From Polymyxa betae A26-41 (lineage: Eukaryota; Protista; Endomyxa: Phytomyxea): a stretch of DNA of 64,000 nucleotides. Position 1 is the stretch's first letter. Each line of letters opens with the position of its first letter. The stretch spans positions 1 to 64,000 of the forward strand of contig RBZT01000727.1 of assembly GCA_003693705.1 (NCBI GenBank). The letters are read 5' to 3'. The notes under the pieces are model-generated. The model saw nothing but the letters and a program-made list of their open reading frames with translations, searched no databases and was not told the DNA's origin. The position numbers and the translations under genes are program-made. Below are positions 12,967-24,763 of the stretch, piece after piece.

Positions 12967-14092
12967 TCTGATCTTACGAATAAAACAAATTGTTCTACTC
13001 TTTAAGCAATCAAAATATCCAAAATATATTTCTGATTTTGTATTCATTCATATAGCTAGCTATTTCCTAAAGGGATGGGGGCTCCTCCAGAATTACAGCC
13101 AGTCCTAGTGAAATTCACGCAACCCGCTGCCCTGGCAGGATCGGGATTTAGAAAACCTCGAAAGGCATAGCGAAACTAGCTGTTACAGTTAGTTCACGGA
13201 TCCCTCTATTGTACCATGAGAAGGCTGTCTTCCGTCGATAACTTCAGGGAAATTTCCTGCTGACTTTCAGGATGAAATATGGAGAAACAATCCATTCATC
13301 AATAAAACACGATGTCGCACCAGAATTTAATAGTGCAGAAAGCCAGAAACTCTAACTTCCCAGGATGAGTTCGGACAGAGAAACAATTTTGCGGACATGC
13401 TGCATCAGTACTCTCAAAACCAAGGAAAACTGGAGGAAATAATATGAGATGGGTTGGGAACTTGAAGGGAATGTACTGTATTGTGGGATTTGACCAGTCG
13501 CTCGCCAAACCCTGCTGTGACTGGACATCCACATTTGGGTGAACCTCGGGACAGTCTGGCTTCGTGTGGCCAATTTCTCCGCTGCAAAGATTTGCATGGT
13601 TGCAGTGGCGACGTTGACGCGCTGAATTTTTATCGGGTCCTCAGATTTGGATTTTGAGAAGAGATGCGATGAAAAGGCACGGTGCCGACAGTATAGGAGA
13701 CAGATTTCTCGCGAGCACGTTCTTGACTTCGATGGAATAGACGAGAGCCAATACGAATACAGAGAATAATAATATCTTCGAGCTCATCTGGCAACAAGAT
13801 TCTTAGCGAGCTCATCTTTGATTATCGCATGTAGGCCGAGAACAAGTGGTGAGCTTTAGATGCGTCATTCCAACGAGTGTCGGCAGCGTAATGACTGAAG
13901 CCGTCGGCATAAGATGCAACAGGTCGGTTGCCTAGTTTAAGATTGTGCAGAGCCATTCAGCAGAACGCTCGCGATCTGGGTCATCACAGACAGAAAGGAT
14001 CTCCCACAAACGCATCACGGTCTGCGTACGATTATCATGCGATTCCAGCAGGGATGAGACCCATTGAAGAGCAAGGCCTTTCAATAGCGATA

Positions 14093-14519
14093 AGAGCATC
14101 CACATCGGTTGTGTGATTGTGCTGCGTGATTTGGAAGTATTCATGCACCAATCACGCATAGAATATCACGCAAATAATCCCCTTGTACATGTTTCCCTGC
14201 AGCACAATCATTTAGTCGTGCGTGAATTGAATTTTTTATAACAAACTGTTTTCAATGGACCCGCGAAGCGTTGAAGCTGCAATTGAGGAGTATCTGCATT
14301 CTGCAATATTTGGAGATGGTATCAAGGGATAGCTTCTCGTCTTTGCCTATGATTATGGCTTCTAGTTCCGAATTGAGCAGCGACGAGGAGTACCCTTCTT
14401 CTTCGAGGCGGCATGGCAAGGATCGTAATCCAAACAAACCTCGGCGATGCGAACTTTACGATCGCCTGCTGAAGGAAGATTACTGGTCAGCGAATCCAGT
14501 TCATAGTCCTTCTGAATTT
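14093..14519 (+). mobile_element. PIF/Harbinger left end and transposase N-terminus
   Basis: ta|AGAGCATCCAC TIR-like start and gcgtgatt subterminal motifs. ORF from 14355 reads ..YDRLLKEDYWSANPVHSPSEF, matching the Harbinger RL..DYF...P.Y...F motif. Confidence 0.7.
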
Positions 14520-14802
14520 TATGGAACTATTCATTTACGTGGTGAAAAGGTGAGGAAGAACGGGGTTCAATGCTCAAAGCGCGCGGAGTGCGTGGACCAG
14601 TCATTTCAAATCTAACCCTAACCCTAAAATGAGAGTAAAGATCAATGAAACAGCATCAATATTTCTGTATTAAGATTAATAACTGACTCGATATTTAGCT
14701 GGAATGGCTGCACTGCAGCTTGTCACTCTGATTTCCCGGGCATTTCTCCCTTCCGAAATTAAAGTGAGAGAACCGCTCACCCCAGAGCCGAACAAACGCT
14801 TC

Positions 14803-15198
14803 TGTCGTGACTCACGACATCAAGGACTCAATTCCGCACATCATCGCCGATCTCTCTCCTAATCTCTCCTCATAAACAGTTTGAAGCATTATCATTCACA
14901 GTGTTTCGGACTGGTTTATCACATTTTTTGAATGAATTTTGTCGCTACAAGAGGAATCCGCATCCCTTCGTCACCCAGTTGAAATCTGACAACAACACTG
15001 CTTTCAAAGCAGCCTTTGTCAAGGCTCAGGACTCCGCGCCCCAGTACCGTCACTCCTCGCATCCAGGGGAAAAGCAATGTCGTGACTCACGACATCAATG
15101 ACTCAATTCCGCACATCATCGACGATCTCCATCTAATTTCTCCTCATAAACAGTTTGAAGCATGACCATGCACAGTGTTTCGGACTGGTTTATCACAT
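14803..15198. repeat. ~120-bp direct repeat x2 (14803-14923, 15078-15198), each starting with the palindrome tgtcgtga-c-tcacgaca
   Basis: Near-identical copies 275 bp apart at the 3' end of the YR gene. Confidence 0.9.
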
Positions 15199-17340
15199 CT
15201 TCAAAACGGTCATTGCAGTCGCGCTGCAGACAGTTGATGATAGGCTCAATAACAGAGTACCAGGCACTGCGGAGTGCTGGTACCATGTCATTGACCCCGA
15301 TATCGCTGTTCTGGAGGGATGTCATAAACCCGCTTACGACCTCCAATTTCTCGACTGTCGATTTGCATTTCGCCAGCTGCTTTCGATCCTAGATGTCGAA
15401 CGACGCGTTCAAGCGTCGGCGTTTCGGTGGCGGTCGGCATGCTTCGACGACTTCTTCTTCGGCGACGTCCGCGTTCTGGGCCACGACCACAGCAGCGACA
15501 GCAGCCTGTGAATACTTCCGGGCCAGAACCCGGGTGGTTTCGTTCGGGACCTCTCCATGTCCGGCCTCAGCGACCTTATCTAACAGCTTCTGAAGATAAA
15601 CGTCCGGATCGCCGCAATCATCGTATCGAATGATAGTCTTGCTGAACTCGATCACGTTACGCTGTTCGCAAGCCTCAAGGACGTTCTGCGCCACCATACG
15701 CTCCACGACCTTGGTCGCTACCAACAGGAAGTCGCTATGATCCAGGGCGTTGATGGTGACCGCCATGGCCGGACCCGGGTTGTCGTTGTGGATCGGACGC
15801 CACTTGAATTTATATCACAGCAGCAAATCGTCACTAAAAAAAGTTAAAATTATTATAAAATTAGAATATTCAATAACCGACTCCTGACGTTTCGCGATTT
15901 CCAACTCCGTCAGCGCGTCCGAAAAATATCGCTTTGCTGAATTAAGACTCTTATGGCGAGCCGACATCATAATCTGGGCGAGGTCCCCCTCTCCCCATAA
16001 CGCCAGAATGTATCCCGTTTTCCGCATAGTGTGAGTCCCCCATGGACTCGGACGGGTGACAGCCTCCTTGATCGCCTTCTTAAACCTGATTGAAAAATCA
16101 GTTAGGGTTTAGGGTTTTTAAAATCTATCTTACTTTGAATTAAAAGTCACATTTGAACGGGTTGCCCTTCGCGTCCGTAAATAAATATCCTTCCGTCTTT
16201 CCGGAAAGGTCAATCCATCCCAGCAGATGTCTGATAAGGCACAGCTCCGCAATCTCATCATTCCGGTGGATGATCTGGTACTTAAACGACTCATCGGTCT
16301 TGCCCTTGATAAGGACTCTGAGAGTCATGAGATCTCCCGTAGCCCGGCTGACCGTGGTCAGACACGGAATGAAGTCATCAAAACGGAAAATGACCCCTTG
16401 CTTGGACCGCAACATCAGCACGATATGGAACAGGAACATGGTCAAGAGTCTGTAACAGGCCTTGACATTCCGGGACAGCAGCGTGTTGCGGACCTTGATG
16501 AGTTCGTGACGGAGCAGGCCGGACGCCCCCTGCGGCTGATAGTCCGGGAGGTCGATCATTGACAGCCGCTCATAACGGTTTTTGACGTTGCTCAGCTCAC
16601 GCGGTGAGCCCGACCGCCAGAGCTGCCGCTCTCTGTGAAAGATGCAGCCGCCTCCGCGCCCGGAGTTGAACGCTTCCCAGCATCGAACGCAAGGCTCGAC
16701 GTACGGCCCAAATTGGCCTCGAGCTAGATGCAGGCTCTGCGACCAGAAACTGATTGTAGATTTCCGGATCGCGCCAAGAAGCGGTCGAAAGAGCCGGCCG
16801 CTTCGTGAAAATATCCATAACGGGGCCAGCACGACCCCGGCTCGACGCATTCGCCATGGTGATGTGAATAGGCGTCCCCTCCGGCAGAACTTTATAATCA
16901 ATAAACGCCATTATAGAATCGACGCTCATTGATGGGCAGAACTCTCGAGGAGCCCTCTCGCTTAACATAATTAAAGATTCAAAATCTCCAATTCTTTTAA
17001 GAAACAAATCCATGGCTTTATAATGTGTTTGATATTTTTTGATGGAATTAATAGCCAATGGACGAGTTCCGAATAGAGATGTGGCCTCCCGAGACCACTG
17101 TAACTGTAGACGCCCATAACCAGATCTAACTGCTCGGAGACATAACGCTCCTGCTCCTCAGATAATAAATCCATCGGCCGGGACGTTGATACGCGATCTC
17201 GACGAATCTCCTCTTTAAACGGCACAGAGGCCGATCCAGCAGCAGCTCGAGACAGCGGAAGCGGGGCAGTAAAAACGTCCGCGCAATTGCGCAGATTAAT
17301 CCGGGGGCTCCCTCTCTTTTCAGATCTCGGAGACTTCATC
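15116..17340 (-). pseudogene. Tyrosine recombinase of the Crypton (frameshifts, one TAG, two short introns)
   Basis: Catalytic set: LMLRS (R), KGKTD (K), GTHTMRKTG (HxxR), ARHKS (H), AKRY (Y). Cys/His motif YVEPCVRC..GCIFH. C-terminal PIINCLQRDC. Confidence 0.85.
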
Positions 17341-17403
17341 CCTGGGTTCAACCGGGGTTCAACCACAATTCTAGATAGGAAAAGATCCTTATTTTTACAT
17401 ACC

Positions 17404-18556
17404 AAGCGACGGTAATATACCGGATGCCGATGGGTTTATTCAACGAAATCCTCGAAGCCGTAGTCAAAGATGATGATTATTTCCTCCAAAAGCGTGATTG
17501 CACCAACCTTTTGGGGTTTTCACCTCACCAAAAGATTTGCAATAGCATTCGCATCCTTTCAAGCGGTGCTTCGGCCAACAAAGTTCGGTTCATTTACAGG
17601 ATGGCTAAATCTACCGCTTTGGAGTGTCTCAAAAGATTTTGTTAATCCATTGACCGAATCTATGGCAGCGTGGCATTACGGTCGTCAACTACAAGCGATA
17701 TTAACCGCATTAATTCTGGAGGAAAATCTATCTCGAGGGATTCCTGGCTGCTTGGGAAGTTTAGATTGCATGCATTGGCGATGGAAAAATTACCCGACGG
17801 CATGGCAGGGACAGTTTACTTCAGGCAAAAAAGACGGATCGACCATCATTCTGGAAGCCATAGCTGACAAAAGCTGCCGATTTTGGCACTTCTTCTTCGG
17901 AACTCCCGGATGTCTCAATGATATTGACGTTGGATTGGTAATTTGATTCTCGGTTTACATCCCTATCACCAAAGTATCGTTAGGTCGCATCTTTACCATG
18001 ATATTATCGATGAACAGTCTCCATCTGTCAAGTTTGAAGTAAATGGTGATTATCTTGAACATGCTTGTATCGTGAAAACCGTTCGTAACCCCTCTAGCAG
18101 GAAAACGAAATTGTTTGCTAAGAAGCAAGAAGGTGTTCGTAAAGATATTGAAGGAGCATTCGATCGGCATTCGGCAAAGAAGATTCCACATTCTGACGAA
18201 AACGGGTGAACTGTGGGAACTGAATGCTATGGCCACTGTAATCAGAGCTTGTGTAATCCTGCGTAGCGTCATCATTGTTTTCGAGAAGGTATTTTCAATT
18301 TTGATCTCTTGCATCATTCAGCTCAGTCGATTTGCGCAGGTTCATGGTTTGGATTCGGATTATATAGAGAGCGGTGAATATTATCAGCCAGAGCAACCCT
18401 TTTGTGGTTGAAGAAAGCTGTCAGGACATGCCTGCGACATTATCATCACAAGCCCAACAAATCCGTGATGTGCAAAACAAACAGGAACACAAACGCCTTC
18501 AACTCGCGCTAATCGCCTACATCTGGAATCGATTCGGGGATGAAGATTGCGAGTAA
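17404..18556 (+). pseudogene. PIF/Harbinger DDE transposase, main part (frameshifted)
   Basis: YRMPMGLFNEI..DDYFLQKRD..GFSPHQK..IRILSSG; GCLGSLDCMHWRWKNYPTAWQGQF; TIILEAIAD..FWHFFFGTPGCLNDI; FAKKQEGVRKDIEGAF. Confidence 0.9.
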
Positions 18557-18599
18557 CTGAGCTCAACTAGTATATGCCTAACCCTAACAATAGCAGTTC

Positions 18600-19627
18600 A
18601 TTGTGAAGACAGTCATCAATCTCTAATTCATTCACGAGTGACAGAGTGGAAGAATTCATGATCATCTAGACTTTCCTGGACCTGGTGACTAGACCAAGGG
18701 TCGCATTGACCTGTGTGTAGTGAGGCTGTCTCACATTGAAGACAAATAGAACAACTGAGTCAATCGATGCTAATGATTGATTAGTGATATTGATCAATCG
18801 GAAGGTATCCGTGGAGAACCCTAACGTGACAGGGGAGACCCGAAAGGGCCAAATCGCCACTGGGGGCCTAGTGGCGGCGGAAACTGCGTGAGTCACGGTC
18901 CGGCCTCCTGAAGCCCGGAACTACCCTGGCCGGCCTGGACGAGACCTTGGGGCCTGGAATCTAATTATACTAAATCATAATTCAATTGTGCTCTCAATTG
19001 TAAAGCCTTTGTTCACGTGTAGGAGACAAACGACACACCTGAACCTTGCGATTCCACAGCTTGCGACAATCCCAAGTTTTCATGAAGCTTTTGGAGCTCC
19101 AGTCGCTTGAGAGCGATGGCTAGCTGGCGATCAAGCAGCTCTTCTTCGGCCCGAGCCTTGTCAAGTTGCATGAAAGGATTGGGCCCCTTGTCATGCTCAT
19201 TGAGCATGACAGTACGCGCAGCCTCCCTAAGGGGCTGCGCAGAGGGATGCTTACGACTCTATAGGGGAAGAGCCCTAACTGGCACGGACTGCGCGGGTCC
19301 CCTCGTCTCCCAACTATGAATGGCAAGGAGCGGCCTCCACGCAACCATTCCGATTAGCTCCAAAATTCATACGTTTCCACCGCTCCGTCTTTCTTACGCT
19401 CCACTCCGACCCCCTCACCGCTCCACTCCGATCCTCTCTCCGCTCCACTCCGTGCCCCGCCGCTCTGCCTCCGAGGACTCCCTGACGTCGCTCCGTTGCA
19501 GGACACCGGTCCCCCGCGTCCTACCCTTCGCTCCCGAGTCATCGCACCGCTTATCTAACCAATAAAAGGGGACCTTTTACTCGATCCTAACACCCCTCCG
19601 AGACCGCAGCGAGGCGTCGCGATAACA
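18600..19627 (-). mobile_element. LTR-like / retroelement-derived insert truncating the Harbinger second gene
   Basis: Minus strand starts TGTTATCGC at 19627, exactly where the NAM-associated ORF loses similarity. GC-rich hairpins, cgctccactccg repeats and a short coiled-coil ORF (19013-19207). Left boundary and TSD not found. Confidence 0.35.
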
Positions 19628-20080
19628 TGCTGCGAAGCTCATTAATCTCCGTCGAAATCGAGCGATCTTTCTGAGCAGATGCCTGTGCTGCCTCGGTTTG
19701 CGCTTGAATCCTGGCTAGCTTTGCCTGGCGAATTCCATCATCAGGCCCATACGATAATCGCTTGGCTTGCTTTCGGCCCATCGGTCTGGATGGGGTTTTC
19801 ATCCCACTATTGTTCCTTGAGGGGCTGAGCCACTCTCATCTGCAGTTGCCAATTTTTTCGACAGATTCTGATTTTTTTTTCGGAAACCGCAGGCTCTTTC
19901 TGAGTTTTTCAACACGCTGTAAAATCTCGTAGCAGTAATCAAGCTGGAATTCATTTTCTCTTTTGTTTCGTACAGTGCTTTAGCTTTGCGATGATAGTCA
20001 GCATCATTCCACCCAGATTGATATTTCCAGTGAGCTAATAAAACACAGGAAATAAATTTATTTATACAAAATTCGGTCAC
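19628..20080 (-). pseudogene. Harbinger second gene (Myb/SANT protein; NAM-associated C-terminal region)
   Basis: INKFISC; SGWNDADYHRKAKALY; RPMGRKQAKR. Convergent with the Harbinger transposase, the usual PIF/Harbinger layout. Confidence 0.7.
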
Positions 20081-20479
20081 AGCACTCGACGTGCGTACAA
20101 GATGCGTGGTGACCCAGGTTTGTGACCCACGTCAATCTAGCGCCAAATGGACTATAATATCAGCGGTTATTTCAATTCAGCAACGGTTATTTCAAATCGA
20201 ATCACAGTCGAGTTACAGGATTCCAGCGGAAATCTGCGTTTTCAATCGAATGTGAGACCATCCGCAAAATCTGCGTCTCTTTCCTACTCTAACTGCTCTT
20301 TCATGCGAAATACAAATTGCAATTGTTTGCACCGCAACATTTTTATTGTAACTCCTTGTCACAGGTCGAATCGCTCTTCTGACCATTCTCAAATTGCTCT
20401 CTCCAATCGATTACTTTCTAAAAGCTGACGCCGACCAGGACGTTCAGGTAATTTTTTCAGGAGTATTTACAGTCTTTGT

Positions 20480-21870
20480 ACACGTTTCATATAAGACTTA
20501 GGGGTTTCACGTGTTGGCTGAGTGGCCGCTCCTGGTCTGTCTGGCATTGCTGTTTGTTCTTTGATCAGTCTTTATGTCTCAAACTGATAGTTCTCATGTA
20601 TAGGTCGGGGCCGTCCGGGTTCTTGCAGACGAAATGTTGGCTTCAAATCGGTAATAATTTTCAGCAATCTTATCGGCTAGGTTGGATGCTGCCCATTTTT
20701 GAAATTTTATCTCTTCTCGGTTTATTATTGTTTTTATAAGTTTTCTGAATTTATCGAAACAGTTAGCTGCTTTTATGAATGCTTTATCTGTACATTTTCT
20801 TCGGTCTTTGTAATCTGGATCAGATCTCTCTAATGTAACTCTATTTTATTTCTTTTTTCAATATGCCACCGTTCATGTTCTCTCTTATACCACCGCGCTT
20901 CATCACCGTCTACCTTCATCCGATTCGACCGATCCTCCGATAAGCTTGTCACCACACGCCAGCCAGTTCATGTACACCACAGGTCTTATCTCTGATGGAA
21001 CGCATATGATTCCACCTTTTCGCTTGAAGGTCTTTCTGGGCCAGTATAGCAAAACTGTTTGTTTGTTCTGTAGTTTGCATACCCTGTGCTGATTGTTTTC
21101 GTGTATAGATTGGGACGGGCCAAACTTTCGTGGCGATAATGGCGTCGAATCGCAGGTAATCTGGAAAATTTTCTTCGTCTAGAGTGGATGCTGCCTATTT
21201 GCGAAATTTTCCCGCTTTTCAGTTCATTGATGCTTTCAATGGTTTTCTGCATTTATTGAATCAGTTGACAGCTCTTATGAATGTTTTTTCTGTACATTTC
21301 TTCGGTCTTGTCTCTGATGGGACGCATATGATTCCACCTTTTCGCTTGAAGGGCCTTCTGGGCCCATCTAACATTGCTGTTTGTCTATTCTGTAGTTTGT
21401 ATACCTTGTGCTGATCGTTTTTGTGTAAAGATCGGGTCGGCCCGAGTTTTCGTTTCGACAATGACGTCAAATTGAAGGTAATGTTTTAATCTTTTAACCG
21501 GCTAGAGTGATTGCTGCCAGTTTGTGAATTTTCACTGTTCTCAGTTCATTAATATATTTAAAGTTTTCTGCATTTATTGAAACAGTTGGCTGCCCTTAAG
21601 AATGCTTTATCTCTACATTTCGTTCGGTCTTGCCACTGATGGGACGCATAATGATTTTACCTTTTCGCTTGAATGGCCTTTCGGGGCCACTCTAGCATTA
21701 CTGTTTGTTCAACCTATAGTTTGTAAACCCTTTGCTGATCGTTGTCGTGAATAGGTCGGGGCGGCCGGGGTTCTTGTTAGCGATGTTGGCTTCGAATCTG
21801 TACTCCTTTCAGCAATCCTATCGGCTAGGGTGGATGCTGCCCTTTTTTAAAATTTCTCTCTTCCCAGTTT
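20480..21870 (-). repeat. About 4 diverged ~320-bp tandem units of a decayed coding-like sequence
   Basis: Recurring blocks tacat(t)ttcttcggtctt, ggatgctgcc, ccaccttttcgcttgaag. Minus-strand peptides RPxLYTKTIS..NYR..KQ..GPERP and KKCT.K.FI.A.N recur. Confidence 0.75.
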
Positions 21871-21937
21871 ATTAGTTTAAGAGCACCACTATCACAGTTA
21901 CAAACTGATTGTTTAAATCTGCGCTCTAAATAAAATT

Positions 21938-22325
21938 TTATAATTGCTTTTGAAGTTTATCCAACGACCAGTTGTTTGCAATTCGAAGATCTTCAAGTAC
22001 TTTCACAGCAGCAGCTTCAGATTGCCCTTCTACAATACTGGCAGCGATCTTTTGGTATAACTTGTTTCTTCTAGAAAAAGAACTTCCTCTCTGTGTCAGG
22101 CGACCTCCACCGGGCCCCATACCTCTGCTCGAGCGATTCAACACTTGGGTGGCCACCAAGACCAATCTTGAATTCCCTCCAAACTTCATCGACGGTGAGT
22201 AGATTTTTCGACAGTTTATAGTGAGGAACCGGGGGAGGGGCATTACAAGCCGAGCTGTCAGCCTGGGGTGTTTGCTCTTTCGTCAGTAGCCATCGATATC
22301 GGCACCGGTTCATTTGCTGGAGCAC
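21938..22325 (-). pseudogene. GCR1_C DNA-binding domain, 3' end of a fungal-type Crypton (CryptonF) gene
   Basis: YKLSKNLLTVDEVWREFKIGLGGHPSVESLEQRYGARWR..ERKFF/SRRNKLYQKI, with a frameshift. Confidence 0.75.
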
Positions 22326-22572
22326 GATTTATGAGTATAGGGGCACGTCCCGAGATCAAATCATTTAGCTTGTGTCAACATTAAGCGCACTAGATTGACT
22401 AAGCTCCGATGAATCGGAAAGCTCTCTATATTAAATAAGCTCCGATGAACCGGAAACTCTCCGAGGTCCGAGCTATCCTCTGTATCAGATTTATTAAAAT
22501 AAGAATATAAAATTCTGAATTCCCAAAAACAACGTACGCAGTTTGACGAACTGCGCACGCAATGGCTCCTGA

Positions 22573-22643
22573 NNNNNNNNNNNNNNNNNNNNNNNNNNNN
22601 NNNNNNNNNNNNNNNNNNNNNNNNNNNNNNNNNNNNNNNNNNN
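22573..22643. other. Assembly gap (71 N)
   Basis: Run of N. Confidence 1.
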
Positions 22644-22749
22644 AGCTGGATTTGGGTCCTGGGATTCGAGCTGGAATAAATCAGAGTTGATAACGAGCTG
22701 TAATTCGTGTGTGTCAATTTGGTAGCGTATCGCGATTGGAGGATCCGCT

Positions 22750-24231
22750 CCATTCTTCAATAATTGTTAAAATTGAAGTTTCAACATCCGCATTAAATTT
22801 ATTTCCCACGGCATTAATATCTTCTAATTTTCTACAATATTTATTCTGTATAATTGAAAATAAGCATTCCCCCAATGTTCCTTTACCAATTCCCATATCA
22901 CCCCTTAAAACTAATGCTTGTTTTGTTTTTCCAACTTGAACCATTTTAGCAATCCAACTTAATATGTATTCATATCCTTCTTGTGATTTATTTCCACTAT
23001 CCATAATAATTTACTGAAATTAGGACATAATTCCTCTAAACTTCCATAATAATTTTCGTATTTCGGTCTAATATATAAATTATAATTTTCTGGATTAACT
23101 AAATTATCATTAATTACAAATTCAAACTGCTTAAATCTTCTCGCTTCATCCATGTATCTCCAGTTGTTGAATATACATGATGGCATAAAGTGTAATAGGT
23201 TTTTCTAATATAAGGTGTTTCATTTAATCTTGGTGTTATTAAAAAGCATTCTGGGTCATCAACAATCGCACAGAATTTATTAATATATTGTAGTAATTCA
23301 TCTTTTAATTTTGCTTCAAACAAATAATTCGCATAATCACATGAAAACATATTCTCTTTCGGCACTGGTTTCTCGCCCTTTTCCTTTTTATGAATTCTTT
23401 TTATAAATTTTTTGTATGTATCACTATTAACCGATTTCTTAAAATATTATATTAAAGACCCAATCCCGCATTTATAAGATTGTTTAAATGATTTCCACTT
23501 TTTTAATGTATCATTTTCGTTTGAATAACTTGATAGACCATTCATTGAACATTTCAAAATCATACCCAGAATTTTTTAATATAATTCCAATCTTAATCCA
23601 ATTATCATATTTTTCACAATATTCATCGTTTAATAAATTTAAAATTTCAACAATGATATGCTCACTTATATCTGTTTTAATAAATTCTTTTTCACTTTTT
23701 TCAATCTGCTCCATTTCTTTTTCAATTGCCTCAATGTGGTCTATGAAAAATCCAATATCCATTAATTCAGTAGCATCCTTGAATAAATTATAATTTTGCC
23801 CTTCATAAATACAACCCCCCATTTGTTTTAATATCAATATTTAAACCAAATAATTTTATTCTCTGTGTTGGCATTCTTTTATCATATTTAAAATATATAT
23901 GATACCCACCGCTTATTGTTCTCGTAATCAATGTATTCAAATCTTCTAATTTCCCAAATTCGCTTTCCCAACTATCTCTACCAGAAATTTCATCATCTTT
24001 TTTAGGAATATCCAAATCAACAACAATAATATTATTTAATTGCCCTGTTAAAATTCCCAAATTGATTGTATCATGCCGTGTTTTATCCCCTCTTATATTA
24101 GTCCAATTCATCGGCATTGATGGGACTATTTTCTTATTTGTTTCTGGGTCAATTGTAATTTCACCAACAGGGAATTTATGGTTAAATGTATAATAAATTT
24201 CAATTGTTCTAATATCGCTGGTGTTAGTCAT
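22750..24231 (-). pseudogene. Virus-like primase-helicase: Prim-Pol (AEP) + PriCT-2 + D5-like SF3 helicase, intronless, frameshifted, 3'-truncated
   Basis: NLGILTG..NNIIVVDLD..TRTISGGYHIYFKY..IDIKTNGG (Prim-Pol); YDNWIKIGIILK..FNEWS (PriCT-2); ILSWIA..LVLRGDMGIGKG..FNA..IIEE (Walker A/B). Strongly AT-rich relative to flanks. Confidence 0.85.
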
Positions 24232-24289
24232 TTTACTGGTTATTATAAATCAGTTTTTTATTTTTAAATATAAAAAAGTGTTTAAATTA

Positions 24290-24400
24290 CTATTTTATCA
24301 AGTTGTCCAGTTTTTCTTAAATGTTTCATTGTTTTTTTTTGTTTATAAATTCCCGCTTTTCTTACTACTTTTCCACATTCACACGACACTTCTCTATTAT
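24290..24400 (-). pseudogene. Small virus-type zinc-finger ORF remnant
   Basis: Hand translation gives VSCECGKVVRKAGIYKQKKTMKH, a CECG...(H)..T.KH motif of the kind seen in NCLDV/Polinton-like virus ORFs. Confidence 0.55.
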
Positions 24401-24692
24401 TGTATATTTTCATATAATTATTAATATAATCTTTTTTGCTTGTCATTATTTTTTAAATATGTTTTTAGTTTTAAATATATTGTTTATGATTTTATGAATA
24501 CTTAATAATACCCTTTACATGATTTCTGATATTTTCAGCTGGGACTCCTATTGTCCTAATATTACCACTTTTAAATTCATGCCGAATACCGATATATTCT
24601 TTATCATTCTCATTAAATTTCCAGAAATAAATACAATTGAATACTGAACTATCTGCGAACATTAATTTGTAAGATTTTCCATAAGTAAAAGA

Positions 24693-24763
24693 TCTTTTAA
24701 TGTGTCATTTTTGAAAATGATTTCTAAAAATGACACGTTAAAAGACCCTATAACGTGTCATTT
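24693..24763. repeat. 20-bp inverted repeat (1 mismatch) plus a third partial copy at the edge of the AT-rich viral segment
   Basis: tcttttaatgtgtcattttt (24693-24712) / aaaaatgacacgttaaaaga (24726-24745); taacgtgtcattt at 24751. Confidence 0.85.

Larger units (their letters stand above)
14520..17403 (-). mobile_element. Tyrosine-recombinase DNA transposon (Crypton, most like oomycete-type CryptonS), inserted in the Harbinger transposase
   Basis: Interrupts the Harbinger frame between SEF and KRR..YRMP. Left junction begins TATGG. Encodes a YR. Confidence 0.8.

Noticed and set aside
881-13079. cccatc/gatggg as MULE TIRs
   Set aside because: The match is only a few bases long and there is no 9-bp TSD.
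18780-18960. Hammerhead or HDV ribozyme
   Set aside because: Hairpins are present, but no CUGAnGA/GAAA core in the right arrangement could be found by eye.
22361-22760. ORFs spanning the N run
   Set aside because: Artefacts of translating through the assembly gap.
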